This document shows, in pieces, positions 1 to 20,400 of a DNA stretch of 64,000 nucleotides. The notes below the pieces were generated by a model that was not told the origin of the DNA, did not search any database, and saw only the letters and a program-made list of their open reading frames with translations. Within the stretch, counting starts at the first letter, position 1; every line of letters begins with the position of its first letter. Where the stretch lies: assembly GCA_030141605.1 (NCBI GenBank), contig JAQGDQ010000007.1, positions 1,227,173-1,291,172 of the forward strand, read 5' to 3'. This DNA is from Tubiluchus corallicola. Its lineage: Eukaryota; Animalia; Priapulida. Made by a program: the position numbers and the translations under genes.

Positions 1-108
1 TGTACTGATACTCGTTTTTGTAGCACGTGCCCCCTCCCACCAACAAAATATTACGAACTGGCCGGTTTTGTTAGCAGTTAAAATGTGACATTATTTCTTT
101 CTTTCTAG

Positions 109-5992
<5,884 letters not shown>

Positions 5993-6496
5993 TGTATGCT
6001 TCACATCAGACTCCATGCTACAAATTTCTTATGGACTGTACTTTTAAGCCCATATGCATATGGAGCACTTGCGTTGAGTTTATTTATCGTAGAGCAGCAC
6101 AGGTATTTTTTCGAAAATTGGTCCAAATATAAGCAATTTGTTATCTGTCCAAGTGAAAATGTGCCGTGGACTGTGGCATTAATATGTATATGTTAATATA
6201 TACTAAATACTACAGTATACTAATATTGTAGTGTTACAGCCATAATAGTAATAAATTCTTATAGGTAGTATAAGATGAAAGAAACTTCGAATAGTGAAAA
6301 CATCACAGCAGACTTTAAACAAAACTGTGGCTATTTTATTAACGCAAATCAGATGTAACGTGCGTTACACCAAAAATCTCTGTAACAATTCCTTAAATTT
6401 GTTTGCGTCTTGCGAGAAGAATAAGACAATCTTTGAATATGAAACTATGCATTTATCATTTCATAGTAATTTTCGGCGTTAATAATTTTTGGCCTG

Positions 6497-6677
<181 letters not shown>

Positions 6678-9594
6678 TAAAATTAATACACAGTAAGCGC
6701 ATGTAGTTTAACCACAAAATTATTCAAAGATATAACTCTCAGATTTAGAGTTCTATTTGCTACAGCGAAAATTGGGCATTATATTTTTACCCTATAGTTA
6801 TGTAGCTACGTAGTTATGTTAGTAGTTAGTATACTATTTTACTTTAAAAGTGACGAGAAATTTGATCGTGAAAACATTTCTTCGAGAAAATATTTCTAAG
6901 TTTTCTAATTCATGCACACTGATAGGTTGCCTTATCCACTCAGTATCCAATGCTGTTGATTAATTTTCTCAAAATAGATTTCATCATTAATAGCATAGCA
7001 GGGGTTTCGGTAATCTAGTTTTTCTAAGTTTATATGAGCATTGCGTAAAATACAGTAGCAAACTATCATAGATAGCTTGGACCAATTTCTGAAGAACATT
7101 CAACAAAATCTATCAGCACAATTGGATCCAAACCTGCAGTCTGATTTTTATTGTGTCTACAGTGATAACGGTCGCGGCAATGACGACGAGGCGTGACAGG
7201 GCTGACCACTAAGTTTTTGGTCCCATAATGATTCTTGGAGAGGGTCAAAAGATAAATGCAACCATATAGTGCAACAGCTTCACGGCAAGAATGTAGAGAG
7301 GCGGAGAAACACTTCGGAATGACACTGAAGTCATTAGTACACACATGTATGTTACTTAACTGTGGGTTCCTTACAGAGTTTACTACAAAAATTATGTTAG
7401 TTCTCTATACAAAATATCCGTTAAACTTAACCAGTGTTTATATCCTAACGGCATGATACTGAGCTTTTTACTCAAAAACCACAAAATATGCAAAGTGTAC
7501 AAAATTAGTATTTTGCTATAATAATATTACTTTTATTTTATTTTATATTTGAAATATTGCGTGAAAAATAAATGTATGTTATCTTGGTTTAATATACGAA
7601 TCGCTTATATGAAGACAGATTATGCTCATATATATATGTATATATAACATAATACATATATATATAACATATACATACATATATAAATATACATATATCA
7701 TTTTATTACTAACTAATAATATATATATATTGTTAGTTATTATATATATCGGGTATTCTATAGAATATCTAGGCATTTTATGAAGTGTCAAAATAAACAA
7801 GGTAAATAATCTGAAATATTTTTTCAACACTTTTTAGGCGTTGTATATAATGTAAAAGTTTGTTACGCAAAATGTGTAATTCAAAGATTTTCGATACACT
7901 TTTCCTATATAGGCATTTTGTAGTTGGTTTTGAAATGCTGAGTTTCGTAGTGGATGATCGAATGATAGGTGGAATACTGCTTGGTTTCGTTTTCGAATGT
8001 TTTGACAATGATGATGACTCTTCTAACGAAGACAGTGAATGTCGCTAATACTGTTTTTATGATGGTGGAGTAGATGCTGTTTGTTCTTTCAAAGACGGCG
8101 ATATTAGTGATGTACTAGTAACATTTAATTTTCAAGAAGGAGCAAAGATTTTGCAAAGCTTTTTCTGTGTCACAATATTTTGAGATGATGATAGCTTGAT
8201 AGGCAGGGTTTCATTTTTGGGTTTAGATTTTTGCACTGAAAGACCCGTTACGCAAGTTTCTCAGGGTCCGTATGAGCTGCTCTGGTTCGATACTCCACAT
8301 CCACACCTGATTCGGAAATACATTCGTTGGACAGCAGGCTGCCTAGAGAAGGAATATGGTCGACCAGGTCAAGCCGCGTAAAGTGATAAAGTGTGAAAGT
8401 GCTGTAGAGAAAACACTTGCTTACCTGTTATATGAAATGCCTGGGAATTTTATAAAATTCCTAAATTTTGCACATTGCCTTGCCTGTAACATCTATACTA
8501 CTTTGTTATTTTTAGTGAAGCTTGAAATCATTGTCTGACATTAGTCAATGTGCGATGTCAGCCAATTTTAATCTCAATCTTGCCTTATTAGCAAATTAAT
8601 TTTAAAAGCTGACACTGTCGCTTGGCTTATGCACTACTAAGATATAAATCAAACAACCAAAGACAGACTTTTTACGACAATAGCACAACATACGTAAGGA
8701 TATTACTTCCACTAAGTGCTGTAATTCACGTAAATTTGCATAAACGCAATCATTACTTAGATATTTAAGTAAATAAAAATTCAATAATTTTCATTGACGT
8801 GATGGTAACTGTGACGGATTTGTACATCCGTTGTAAGCCGTCCTTTTTAATTTGAGCAGTTTAATTTAACCTCAGAAAAACCAAGGAGCGACTGTTGAGA
8901 AAGTTCTTGTGCAATATGACTTTTATCTGCGAGCGCTAGCATCCCAGATCTAAGAGAACCCATACCCATACGCTGATTGTTGTCATTTCATGACGCCAGG
9001 CCGTCCAAGTTTTTATTTTTTTAATTATTGACAACTCGGAAGGACAGAGGTCTAGAGTCACTTTAAAAGATCTGTCAAAAAGCCAAGGACACTGTACATA
9101 AGTCAATATTTGGATTGCCCTTCAACTCTTCCCATGGCTTTCTTAAAATTATTTTTTTTCATAAATATTTAGGTATTGTGAGGTAGATGTATACTTGGAG
9201 TTTTAAAAAGTTGGGAGGCCTAGCTTTTCTTTAAAAAACCTTAAATTATTTAAAGGGTCGAGACAGGAACCAAAATATGAAAATTAGTGAGAACTATAGT
9301 ACGCAGAGTCACGAAATGACAAACCTCCCGCACTTTTCGCATTGGTTAGTCACATGTGAGCATAATAATCTACAAGTATTGACATAAGTGAAACACGCTG
9401 TACCAGGTATAGTCAGGTGTAAACATAATCAGGGCGTTACATTATGTTACGCTCGCAGATTTGGATCTGAATTCAATCAGTCTTGTTGATGTAGTAGCTA
9501 GCTAGTTTAGAATGTTTACGTCTACCAAAGATTTACAAGCTGATCGAGCTGCAAAATTAATCTAACCCTCGTATAACCTATATCTAGCTCCAAG

Positions 9595-12500
9595 CTACTC
9601 TGTTGCACCAGGTCTTTGAGCACCCTGGTTGCAATTTACAAATGTCATTGGTATGTAGTCGGGTTGTTGTCCAGCCGTATGCACTGCAGCGCATACGTTT
9701 GGCGAATCAGAGGCTCTTGCAGCTGAAGTTCCGCGTCGCCTTGTTATGCTAGAACGAAGAGAAGCTAAGTAACTGCTGCTAGTCCTTGTTGACAAAAGAG
9801 ACCCCGTGCGTTGAAGAAAGTATGGCTTCAGTAAGCTTTTCACCTGCAGTAAGAAGTTTATATTCCGTATTACTTTTGGTTATGTTTTGTATTTAACATC
9901 CTAAAATGTATTTTTACACTAAAAAACTTATAATTTCTGAAAAAGTTGAAACTTTATAGCGTTAAACTTTATAGAGGCAGGTGGTACCATTGATTTAGTG
10001 CCGTTTACATGTGTTGTTCAAACTTTACTAAATCAAAGAATGAAATGACTTAATGATGCAGCTTGTGAACAACTAGGTCTGACACTAATTTTTGGCTTAT
10101 CGATCGAGTATATGCACCGACACACCCACACACAAACCATAATAAACAGGTAGTTCAACTCAATTAGTTATTTTGAGTAACTTTATTTGTGAACACAATT
10201 TTCTTATAAATGTGGTAGGCTACAGCTGCTGAAAGAGTCAAAATTTTGCAATTACAGAAATTACGTTCTAGCGCCTACTTGAGAATTTGGAACGAGATAC
10301 GACTAAGAATAATATTTCACTAACATATGCGAAGGCCGTTCCTCTGGGGAAATGCTTTTTCTCCATGCGGTGTCAAGCTGCTTAATTTACGGTTCAATAA
10401 TTTCGAAGAAGTTCATCAAAATCATTCTGGCTCGTGCGATAGCATCGATGAATTTACTAGAACCGGCCCGTAAGTTATCATGTAACATATAAAATTGTAC
10501 TTTGAGCAAACCGCTTGTTGTTTATTGGCTAAACTCAATATACTTCCAACATCTATTTTTCTTTTTATGGGGTAATAATGTACAAATTTTGGCAATACCT
10601 CAAATTCCATGACCATGGTACGCAATTTTAAATTCCACGTGCACAGCGATATGCGTATCCGTGCGTGCGAATGTGAGTGTGTATAGAGGGGCTTAGTATC
10701 AAAGTTGCCAGCCATTACACAGCCCAGTACGCTAGCTCAGCACATACATTACACAAATTAATGAAAGGTATGCACTTGTAAAAGCTCGAGATGCATAACA
10801 GTATTGGCTGTGTTTTCACGCTGTTGAAACTTGCTTAATGCCTCGTTTCAGAGCTGTGACAAAAATAATAAAAAACGTAAGTAATGAAAACATTGATTAA
10901 ATATTAAATCTTATTTCGTGGCTTGCCGTTTGTAGGTCACGTACAGGACTTGTTATGTATTCTTGCGAATCGTGAAGCATTGTCTCAAGTCTCATATTCG
11001 CATACTATGATATCCCAACAGAAGGTAATGAGCGGTAAATGTGCGACGCCTTTTACATGAAAATTTAGTCTAAAAATTGTAAACACGTTAGTCTGTTGCA
11101 TGTTCTAGATTCTGTGGAGTGCGCAGACTATTGCTATGGTGACCCGCAGCCTGCGACCTTCTGAGGTGTTTTAAATTTCTAACGAAATTTTCAAATTGGA
11201 CGGTATCAGATTACGACTTACCTCATGATTAGTAAAACAGAAGAAAAGTGTTATCCAAAATCCCTGCAATCAATAAGAAAGTGTAAACTATTAATCACTT
11301 TAATTACACAAAAGTGTTAATCAAGATCTTTGTTAAATCAAAAATCTTAAATGTAAACAGTAAGGTGTTTTCCATTTAGCATTAAAAGGGAAAATATGAG
11401 AACACATTGTTTTCACACAGTATACCTTTGAACGTGTGAAATGCTACAATCCTTTGCGCGCACTAATCTTTCGAATCATCTGAAAATAGTTTTTAGAGCT
11501 TTTTGTTAATTTTAGTCTATTTTCAGTAAAAATCAGATCTCCAAACGCGGACTCTACAAATTTGTCTAATAACACAGCAAAAAATAAAGCTTTTCAATAT
11601 TGTGTACCTGTGTAGAAACAAGCAAAGCATTGATGATACTAATTACGAGTCTCCACATTCCACCGTTTTCTGGCTCCACGAGAACAAGAACGTGCGTTAA
11701 ACCAAGCAAAGGTAGTAAGAGCAGCAGCTTTCGTGCCCCCTTTCTAACAAAAAAATTAAGCACTGAAACGAGTTTGAATCATAACGTCGTTGTTAAATTT
11801 TAGTGTAAACTAATGCCAAAGTTAATGAATTACCATCATCATCATCATCATCGTCGTCGTCGTCGTCATCATCATCGTCGTCGTCGTCATTATATGAGAA
11901 ATATAGGTAACTGGTAGTAGTGTGAAATTATGATTGCAAAGGAGATACATATTTCTGATTTTGAGTAAAAAATTCCGTTTTTGAATATAATTAGCCAACC
12001 TGTACAGTTGGGTTTTTTAGTTTTCCATGCATACGTATACCTGTATTGTTTGTCGTCCAATTCTCGGATTTTTGTTCTTGATCGTGACAATAAAACATAC
12101 ATTATCGAGCAAAGGAAAACACAATTTATCTGAAAAAAGAAAAAATGAATAAAAACTTTAAGGTGCTTTGAATTTGATAATACGCGCGCAATTGGTCATA
12201 CTCGTTGCTTTAAAACTCTCCATTATTTTTAAGGATTTATTAAAAACTGACAAATTACAGTAAGGACAAACTCAAAATGACGCAACTCGGTGGTTGAGTG
12301 TATGATGGATGACTATTTTAGTGGGATCAAACTAGGCTTCATAAGTGCGCTGCAGTGATTTTAAGCAACAATTATATATTACGCTGTTAATGTTCATTAT
12401 GCAACTAAAAGTTCATTACATAACAATGTACTATTATGTAGCAAAATGCTACATTATGTAGACTCAAAAAATTCCCAACTGCTGAGTAAGAGTTTGCCGT

Positions 12501-14345
12501 AATATGAACGTCGTTGGTCAATTAGTTACAATGAAAATACAAAATCAAATTAACGAGAGACTTATGAAACACCCTATACTATCAACTCGTCAAATATGTT
12601 TATAGTCACGAACCTGGCGTTAAGACCAAGTAATTAATGACAATGAGAAGTTGTAAACTGAAGGAAGCGACGTGCGATTATCGCTCGGAAATTTCGCTAA
12701 ATTTGTATTAAAAATGTTACAGCGGAAAGTTGAACGCGTTAGTTAATTGGCTATGAAAAGATAAACGTGATTTCGCTGTTTAAGTGAGAACAGCAATAAT
12801 GTCATGGTAAATGTTTACAACGCATTCATAGTAAATATGGCTTACATGTGGTTATAAAAACTGCAAAACATAAATCTGGGTACATGGGTATGTATTAAGT
12901 TAAATAATTTTGCACGAGGGTAGTTTTCTTACCAGTAGTACTACAAGAATTGGTACCATAAATATGTAGTCATAAACGTATCCGTCTGAATCCATCCAGC
13001 ACCTTTAGTGATTTGAAAAGTAAATAAACAAGTGTCATAGGTATTCAGAAATGATAACTCTGTAAGTTAAAATCTTAAGAAATATGCAAATCTTTCATAA
13101 TTAAACTACTAATTGTTGAGCATTCTTAAAAGTCCCAAGACAAGAAAGCTAAATGAGATTAAAACATTTGGAAACTCACAATCTTTTCAGGAATGAGATA
13201 GAATAGGTATTACTCGATAGTTTCCTGTTGCATGTAACACCATAAAACACTTTTTCTAGAGTTTAGTTTACATAAGTCGTCTATTTGCGAGAAATTATAT
13301 CCACCTCTCTGTATTTCACGTGTCTTAATTTGGTATTACTGTAACTTATGATATTGTACGTGCTCTTTTTACAATTTTTGTTGTTTTCCTTCTTGTTTTT
13401 TCTACTATAATGCGTAGTTCCCTGTGCGTCATTGTGAAATTCTTACGAATTTCTCATTAAATTTTCCAAATGAAATCTCTACAAACGGCTAGATGACTAC
13501 AATTTTAATTCAATACGTTCCGAGAATGCTGATATCAAGACTCATTCAAAAGATGAAGCCATGAAGATCCTACCCGAGATGTCATAACACATACTTAATA
13601 AAAACCTATAACATAAGGATCATTTTAAGAATAACAACATGGCACCCGCATCTCATTTTAAATGAAAACTGACGTTGAAATTTCAGTACACATGCTGTAA
13701 TTGAAACGCAATAGATAACTCGCGTCTATAATTAATATGCGACAGATGCAACTAACTAAACTCAGTAGTAAATCCTGCACGATCACACAGACTGACGTCA
13801 AGTTAAACATTTTCGTGGCTAAATCTGATTCTGACCGTGTATTGAGAGATGGAAGTAGACACAAAATTACTGGCAATGTTTACTATAATTTTCAAGACAG
13901 CGCAGAACGAAAAATAGCAAAATCCAGCCGCCAAATTATGGCAGTTTGATTCACTCATGTCGGCATACGCTGTTTAATTGTTTATACCGAACAGCACAAA
14001 ATTTCTTGATCATCAACGTTTTAAATGCAACAAGGCTTCATAAAATTAAAGAGATGTATGACACAGCAACTGCAGACAAGAAATCTTACAGCAAATAGTT
14101 GACTGCCGAAGCAAATCAAAGTGGCTGTAGAATTAATGGCAAGGACCAGTTAATTACATTTTTTGTAAACAATGAGGCGGTAGAATTTGCTGAGCGACAA
14201 GGACAGAAGGTCAGCATGATACAATTGCACATGCTTCGCCTATTACACTCGCATGAAAAGATGAAGGTGTGATAGCTCGTATTAGTCAGTAACTGTTTTG
14301 CTCGCAGACGAAAAATTTTTCCCTCGTACTACTATATACTAAATT

Positions 14346-14422
<77 letters not shown>

Positions 14423-17400
14423 CTTTATTTATTTTGTTATTTATTTATTGATCCATCCATTCGTTATATCACACATTCTTTGATACATTCATTCTTTCAT
14501 TCCTTCGTTTCATCAATTAATCCATTAATCAATCAATCATGCATTCGTTCATTCATTTATACTGTCATTCACTCGTTTACACATATCAACGTTCGTAAAT
14601 TCGTTCGTTTCTTTAAAATTGAATACCTGTTTTTATCAAAATGATGTTTTACAATGCCCCAGATCGCTATCACCACAATGGGAATTCCTAGAATCACAAA
14701 AACCTTTTAGACTCAAAAAATTTCACTCGACAAAAGTTATATTTTCAGAGAGTGTTACAGTTAAACAAAAGATGTTTGCGAGTCAGCTATATCAAGCACG
14801 TCCTATAAAGGTAGTTTATGATGGTCAAAAACGGAAAACAAAATCGTGTCATATGTTTACAAATAAGCTCTGATGATAGACATATAAATAAAAACGTTCA
14901 GCGATTACCCCATCCAATGAGAACGAAGAAGAAAAACTCGACTCGTGATGCAGAAAATGTGAAAACTGTCAAAATGAACAGGTACAGTCCTTCGACTAAC
15001 ATCCAGAAAAAGTTTGTACATTGGCAGTAGTTAAAAATTGTTACCATCGACCGGCAAAATATCTAAAATCAAAATATGAAGATATTAGATTACAGCATAA
15101 ATCCTGGAGCTCTGCAATTTCGACTGTCGAATGTAAGAATCTCCAAGACCGAAACTTTGATATTATAATTTTTTAAATTCACAACTTAGTTTCGCGCGAG
15201 CAAAAAAGCCTTGCGTGAATAAGATTCACTGCTTCTATCATTGAGTGCCGCAGTATTTTTAAACTTCTACGTTTTGGCTATAGTTGTACCTTTCAGCTGA
15301 AATTGTACCTTTGCTGGTCTTCTGCTATACGCGTACTGTTTATTTGCAAATTATATACGTTTCTACATATATCCTGTGGTCTAAGAAATGTGGGAAAATT
15401 TGGTACAAAAAGTTCACCCAACAGCCAAGAGCAAAAACTGAGAAATTGCTTGCTTGAAATTCAAGGACAGTACTTTAAACATCATGTCTCCTTGAACTGA
15501 AATTTCAGTCATAATTTGCTTCCTTGTAATAGTATTTTTTATTTCCACATTGTCAAAAATCTCACTCACAAGTCAAACAATGAGCAAAGTATTAAATTAC
15601 CTCATGTGAGTTTCGTTTCATTGATTTAAAGTTTAAATCTGGCACAGATTCTTGGCCGGCTACAGAGCAAAAATCAGTAATTTTGCAAATTATTTCTGAT
15701 CGTTAAAAAGAAACATACTGAATCTCGCTTCGCGATTCCAACAAGAGTTTGATTATTAATGATCCACAACACATCGCTGAAAAAGTAACTGATGAAGAGG
15801 TTAACGTGAATCTTGTTTCTCATGCAACTGAGTTTTCTGAAAAAAAAATTTTTGGGATTATACAAGCCATTAAATTATTTTTGTAATAACAATACACGAA
15901 AACCCCATCATTTATACGCTGTGTGGCATATATAGATTTTATGTTTTTAACAAGGTTAGATTGCAGTTTCTGAATTACGAACGTTCACATTTTTATCCGC
16001 GAAGGCTTGCGTCGCGGAACTAGCAGAACCTCCGATGCTGGTTTTTCATCATTATGCTACACATCCTGCTTTCTACTTTTTAATTCATGTTAACTCGCAG
16101 ACGGAGAGTACTAGGACACGGATCTCACAAGGCAAATACGTGAGGTAGAAGCCTAGAAAGTGGTTTGGTGACTGGTGACCTCGATTAAAGGGTCAATGAC
16201 GCTGGACATCGGTCAGTTTTTCGATTGGCATTCACCATCTCCTCGGACTGAGTTGAATTCGATATTTTTGCATAAGCATTTTTAAAAGTGCTGTGAGGCA
16301 GACCTGTATGTAACCTTTTAAAAAGTTAGGATTTTTAATATCACGAGATAGGGGCCATAATATATAATGAATAATTCTAAAACTATAGTAACTAAAGTCA
16401 GAGAACTTGCCCCATAGACTTTTCCATGCTCCATTTGAACCAGCGAGCCGCATGGTTTATAAGCACCATGCAGAATACTAGCTTCTTGAGGTCCTACTCT
16501 ATTCACAACAGTGACATTGCTTATTTTGAGCCAGTGACATGAATGGGAAAATATGTACTGCAGGTAATATTGAAGCCACCACACATGAATAAATGAGACG
16601 TTGTTTCCTGAGATAAACATTGGTGGAGTTCTGTTATTGTTTTCCATCTTATCCTGCACTGCCTAACGCACTAAGCAATAAAATGAATAATGTATTAAGT
16701 CGTGTTTGGCAGCCAGCTGCTAATGTACGCCCATTATGATAGCACTGCCAGAATAAGCTATTGAAATGGAAACTTTTTGAACTCTTCTGACTAGTGTAAA
16801 ATAAACCTAAACCTAAAATATGGATGTTTACTTCAACTGAATGATTTATTAATTTACTCTCCAATTGAAAAACGTTACTTTTTACGTTTTACAACAAAAT
16901 TATGGCAACAAGAATTTAAATTCCTAAACAAACGTATTTATGGACAACAAATGTCAACATAATAAATCACTAAACAGTTTTCAAAAGTTATGGTCATGTA
17001 CATAGCTACCAACTATTACTTAACTAAGAGCAAAATTGGCATTTTAACTCTCATAATCTCAACCTTCTTGCCTGAGAAAAATGCAGTTTTTTTAATTTAT
17101 CCAATAAATGATAATTATGTTTACCTTGCGCAAAAAAATATCAAAATAGCTAAAACGAGTGAAGTAATCGACAGAGTGTACCCAACGTAGTAGATAAGTT
17201 GTGCAATTCTGTACTCTTGAGCTAGAGCCTGAAACAAATAGTTGTTGTTCTATTGGCAATATAGAAACACTTTCAATGTGAGAATATCGCAGCTATATAA
17301 GCAAAACTCTTCCCTGCTCTTTCCACAAACAGTTATTTATAACCACCGTAAAGTCGGCAATAATTAAACCGACATTTGAGACAGGAATAAAACTTTTCTG

Positions 17401-20400
17401 CCTCCTTATAGCAAGCAGCAAACAGCCGCAAGTGCGTTAACTTAAACGGTGCTTTCCGTTTGGTCTTTTGTAAAGATCAGTCTCAAGAGGCTGAACGGTT
17501 AAACGTTTGGATTTGTTGAATTGTCCAACAATTTTTTTCGAAACACTCTTCGACTTCTAATGGTACAGTAATTGATGATTGACAGTAACGTTACTGCGTA
17601 AGTATAGCTGACAAAAGCAATCAATTGCAAAACAGAAAATTATTTTAAATCCACAAAAGGTCATCCTATTTGATAGTTGGCCTTTGTAAGTATTCTGATC
17701 ACGCCATATGCAAAGTTACGTATTTATATTTAACATCATTAAAAACTATCATTACAACATGTTTTAGTTGGCTTAAAATGGTAATCTGGCAGGGTTTATT
17801 TTAGGTACAATATTGTGAGTTATGAGAATTTTAATATAGCAGTATTCGGTTTTATTAGTCTCCCTTGGGTTCATTTTTCTCTTTATTGTCGTGTGACATT
17901 AGATACTACAGGCCACTGCGTGAAGAATATAAAATATTAACAAGGCATGTAAAAATGATTCTGCTTCGTGTCTGCTAAGCACAATGGGTTTACCAAAATG
18001 TCTAAATTTTTAAACTCGTAGCAGCAGAAGCAGGATTTAATATAGGAAACAAAAACGGTCATTTGCAGTTCAGCAGTTTAGCAAAAATCCTTATGTAAAT
18101 GTTAAACTTCGTTTACAATACTTAACAAAAATGGGCACTTACCTACAATCTATTTAAAAAAACACAATAAAGAAAAAAAGATAACCACAGCGCTCAGTAC
18201 ACCTCTGCGGACTATAGTTAGGCGAAGAAGAAAACGAAAAATAATCACTAAATACCATTTTTGGTATAGAAGAAAATACTCGAGTCAGTGTACTTTACTA
18301 TACTTTCGCCTTTGCGTTTCTTTCGACGCAGTGCTAAATTTAGCTTGTTCAATTAAAACGCATGTTAAAATAAAAAACATTATTATGGTATTGGTGACAA
18401 AAAGATTGCGTAACATAAATTTGTCAGAAACTGAACATAGAACTCAGGTGTCAACCGAAAAAAGGGTCTATTGCAGTATTAACTGGTAAATTACTTCCTG
18501 TAAATGTAGGAAAGAAATGATTAAATGATTCAGTAACTTAATTCTTAGCTAGATTGCATTTGTGTTTATATTATTTAGTACAAACATAAAGTAAAAGTCT
18601 CTATTCCTTGGCAAAGAATAACGTTAAGAACAAGTATATGATGTTATTGGTGTACATGTCTCTAGTGGCAAAGCTGTGCAAAAAGTTATTATTTTTTAAT
18701 TAAAATGGGCCTTAATTTGCTTGAGTCTCGTTGCTGTTAATATTGTCAGAACAACACAGCTCCGTATTCTAGTGTTCGAAAACGCGAAACACTCGTGACA
18801 CACAAACGTGAAAACACGCTTCGCAGCTTCCTAACAGAATCACATTCAAAAGATTTAGGAGTAATCTAGCTGTCACTGCACGTTTTGCAAAAGCAAAATT
18901 TTTACTATTACTATACTGAAACATGGCTGCATCCGGTGCAGCGAGCTATACATTTGCTGTGTTTATGGATTGCAGCATACCGCTTTTCTGACAAAATTCT
19001 CCTATTGTTAGAATTTTTCAGAATTTTCAGAATGTATTCATGAATTGGGAAATCTGTTCAGGTATTGACGTTTCGTTTCGAAAGAACAATTGTAAATTAA
19101 ATGTTAGCCATAACAAAACAGTCTGTGAAAAAGCTTTTCTCTCACTAAGTTCTTTATTTGTTTAGAAACTTAGTACCTCCCTCATAAGACCTCGTCAGAT
19201 GTTAAAAAAGGTACGTCTAATGCCTTATCAGAAATAAACACGCGTTAGTAGTAAAGCATTCTTGGAGTAAATATTAAGGCTACATTTTTTTGTTTAAATG
19301 AAATTACAAGCATTGTAAATTTATTTACTTAATGATTGAATGATTCAGCAGCCAGGTCAGCAAATTTGATCGTGGAAACTAAAATGATTAATAGTAGTCT
19401 ACTGTAGACGAACATATCTAGATAATCTTATGTAGCTTATGAAACGTCAGCAGTATCCTGAGTGTAACAGAATTAAATGCACCCCGAAAAAATTTCCTTT
19501 AAGGGTTAATACTTGGTCCTCTGCTGTAGATGATTTATGTCTACACTATGATCTTAGATCTTACATTTCGTGATAAGAGCATTAATATCTTTCCTAATTG
19601 GATTTGGCCTTCATTTCTAAAGTTCAAATTGTGCAATATATATATATATATATATATGTATATTTATATATATATATATATTGGTAAAATTCAAACACTC
19701 TAGGTATACCGTTTTATTAGATTTGGTGTTAACAGTGGGCATTTTCCAGGTCGCGTCAGTCAGTTGGTTGACCAATCATATAGTCGAATGAATAACTAGA
19801 GTGACCGAACGACCACATCACTGACCGGCAATAGATTGAACTGCCAAATAACTAGGATAAATAAGCAACTATGCATACAGACAAGCAAGTGAGCAGACAA
19901 ACAGGCAAACACCCGGAATAAAACTATTACACCTCAGCTTAACTTCGTGGTTAATGGGTAATTGGAAATGTAAAGAGAAGCCACTTAGTTACTTAATTAA
20001 AATCTAATAAAATAACTCAGTTACCCTACGATATTGGATTTTAGGATCAATAATGTCCACGTTTACTAATTTAATAAAACCGCAAATCAGCTTACTATTT
20101 TTGTGGCTAAGGCAGTGTTGAGAAATTGAAATATCATTTTAGCATTGCGCGTCTTCAATTTACTTGTGGTGACATATATTTTTGCCATGTGCATTATCAT
20201 CTGTTAAAAGTTCTTATCTGCTCCTGAAACCTTACAATGACACATCCGCCGAGCACTTCCAGCGTTTGCAATATCATTTTTGCGAAATTGCACCATATTG
20301 GATATCTTTTTTATGTCTCACAACATTTACAGTTAGCTATTAACGTAGCTTCAAATGCGTAACCTTGATTATCTACGTTCGACAAAACGTGGTAACGGTA

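Noticed and set aside
7060-7330. Short GC-richer stretch with a protein-like frame (IDSLDQFLKNIQQNL..)
   Set aside because: No splice sites linking it to a gene and no recognisable domain; possibly a repeat fragment.
18140-18240. Hydrophobic minus-strand frame with a GTAAGT donor, considered as GPCR TM1
   Set aside because: In-frame stop before the donor; the true TM1 exon is 17125-17228.
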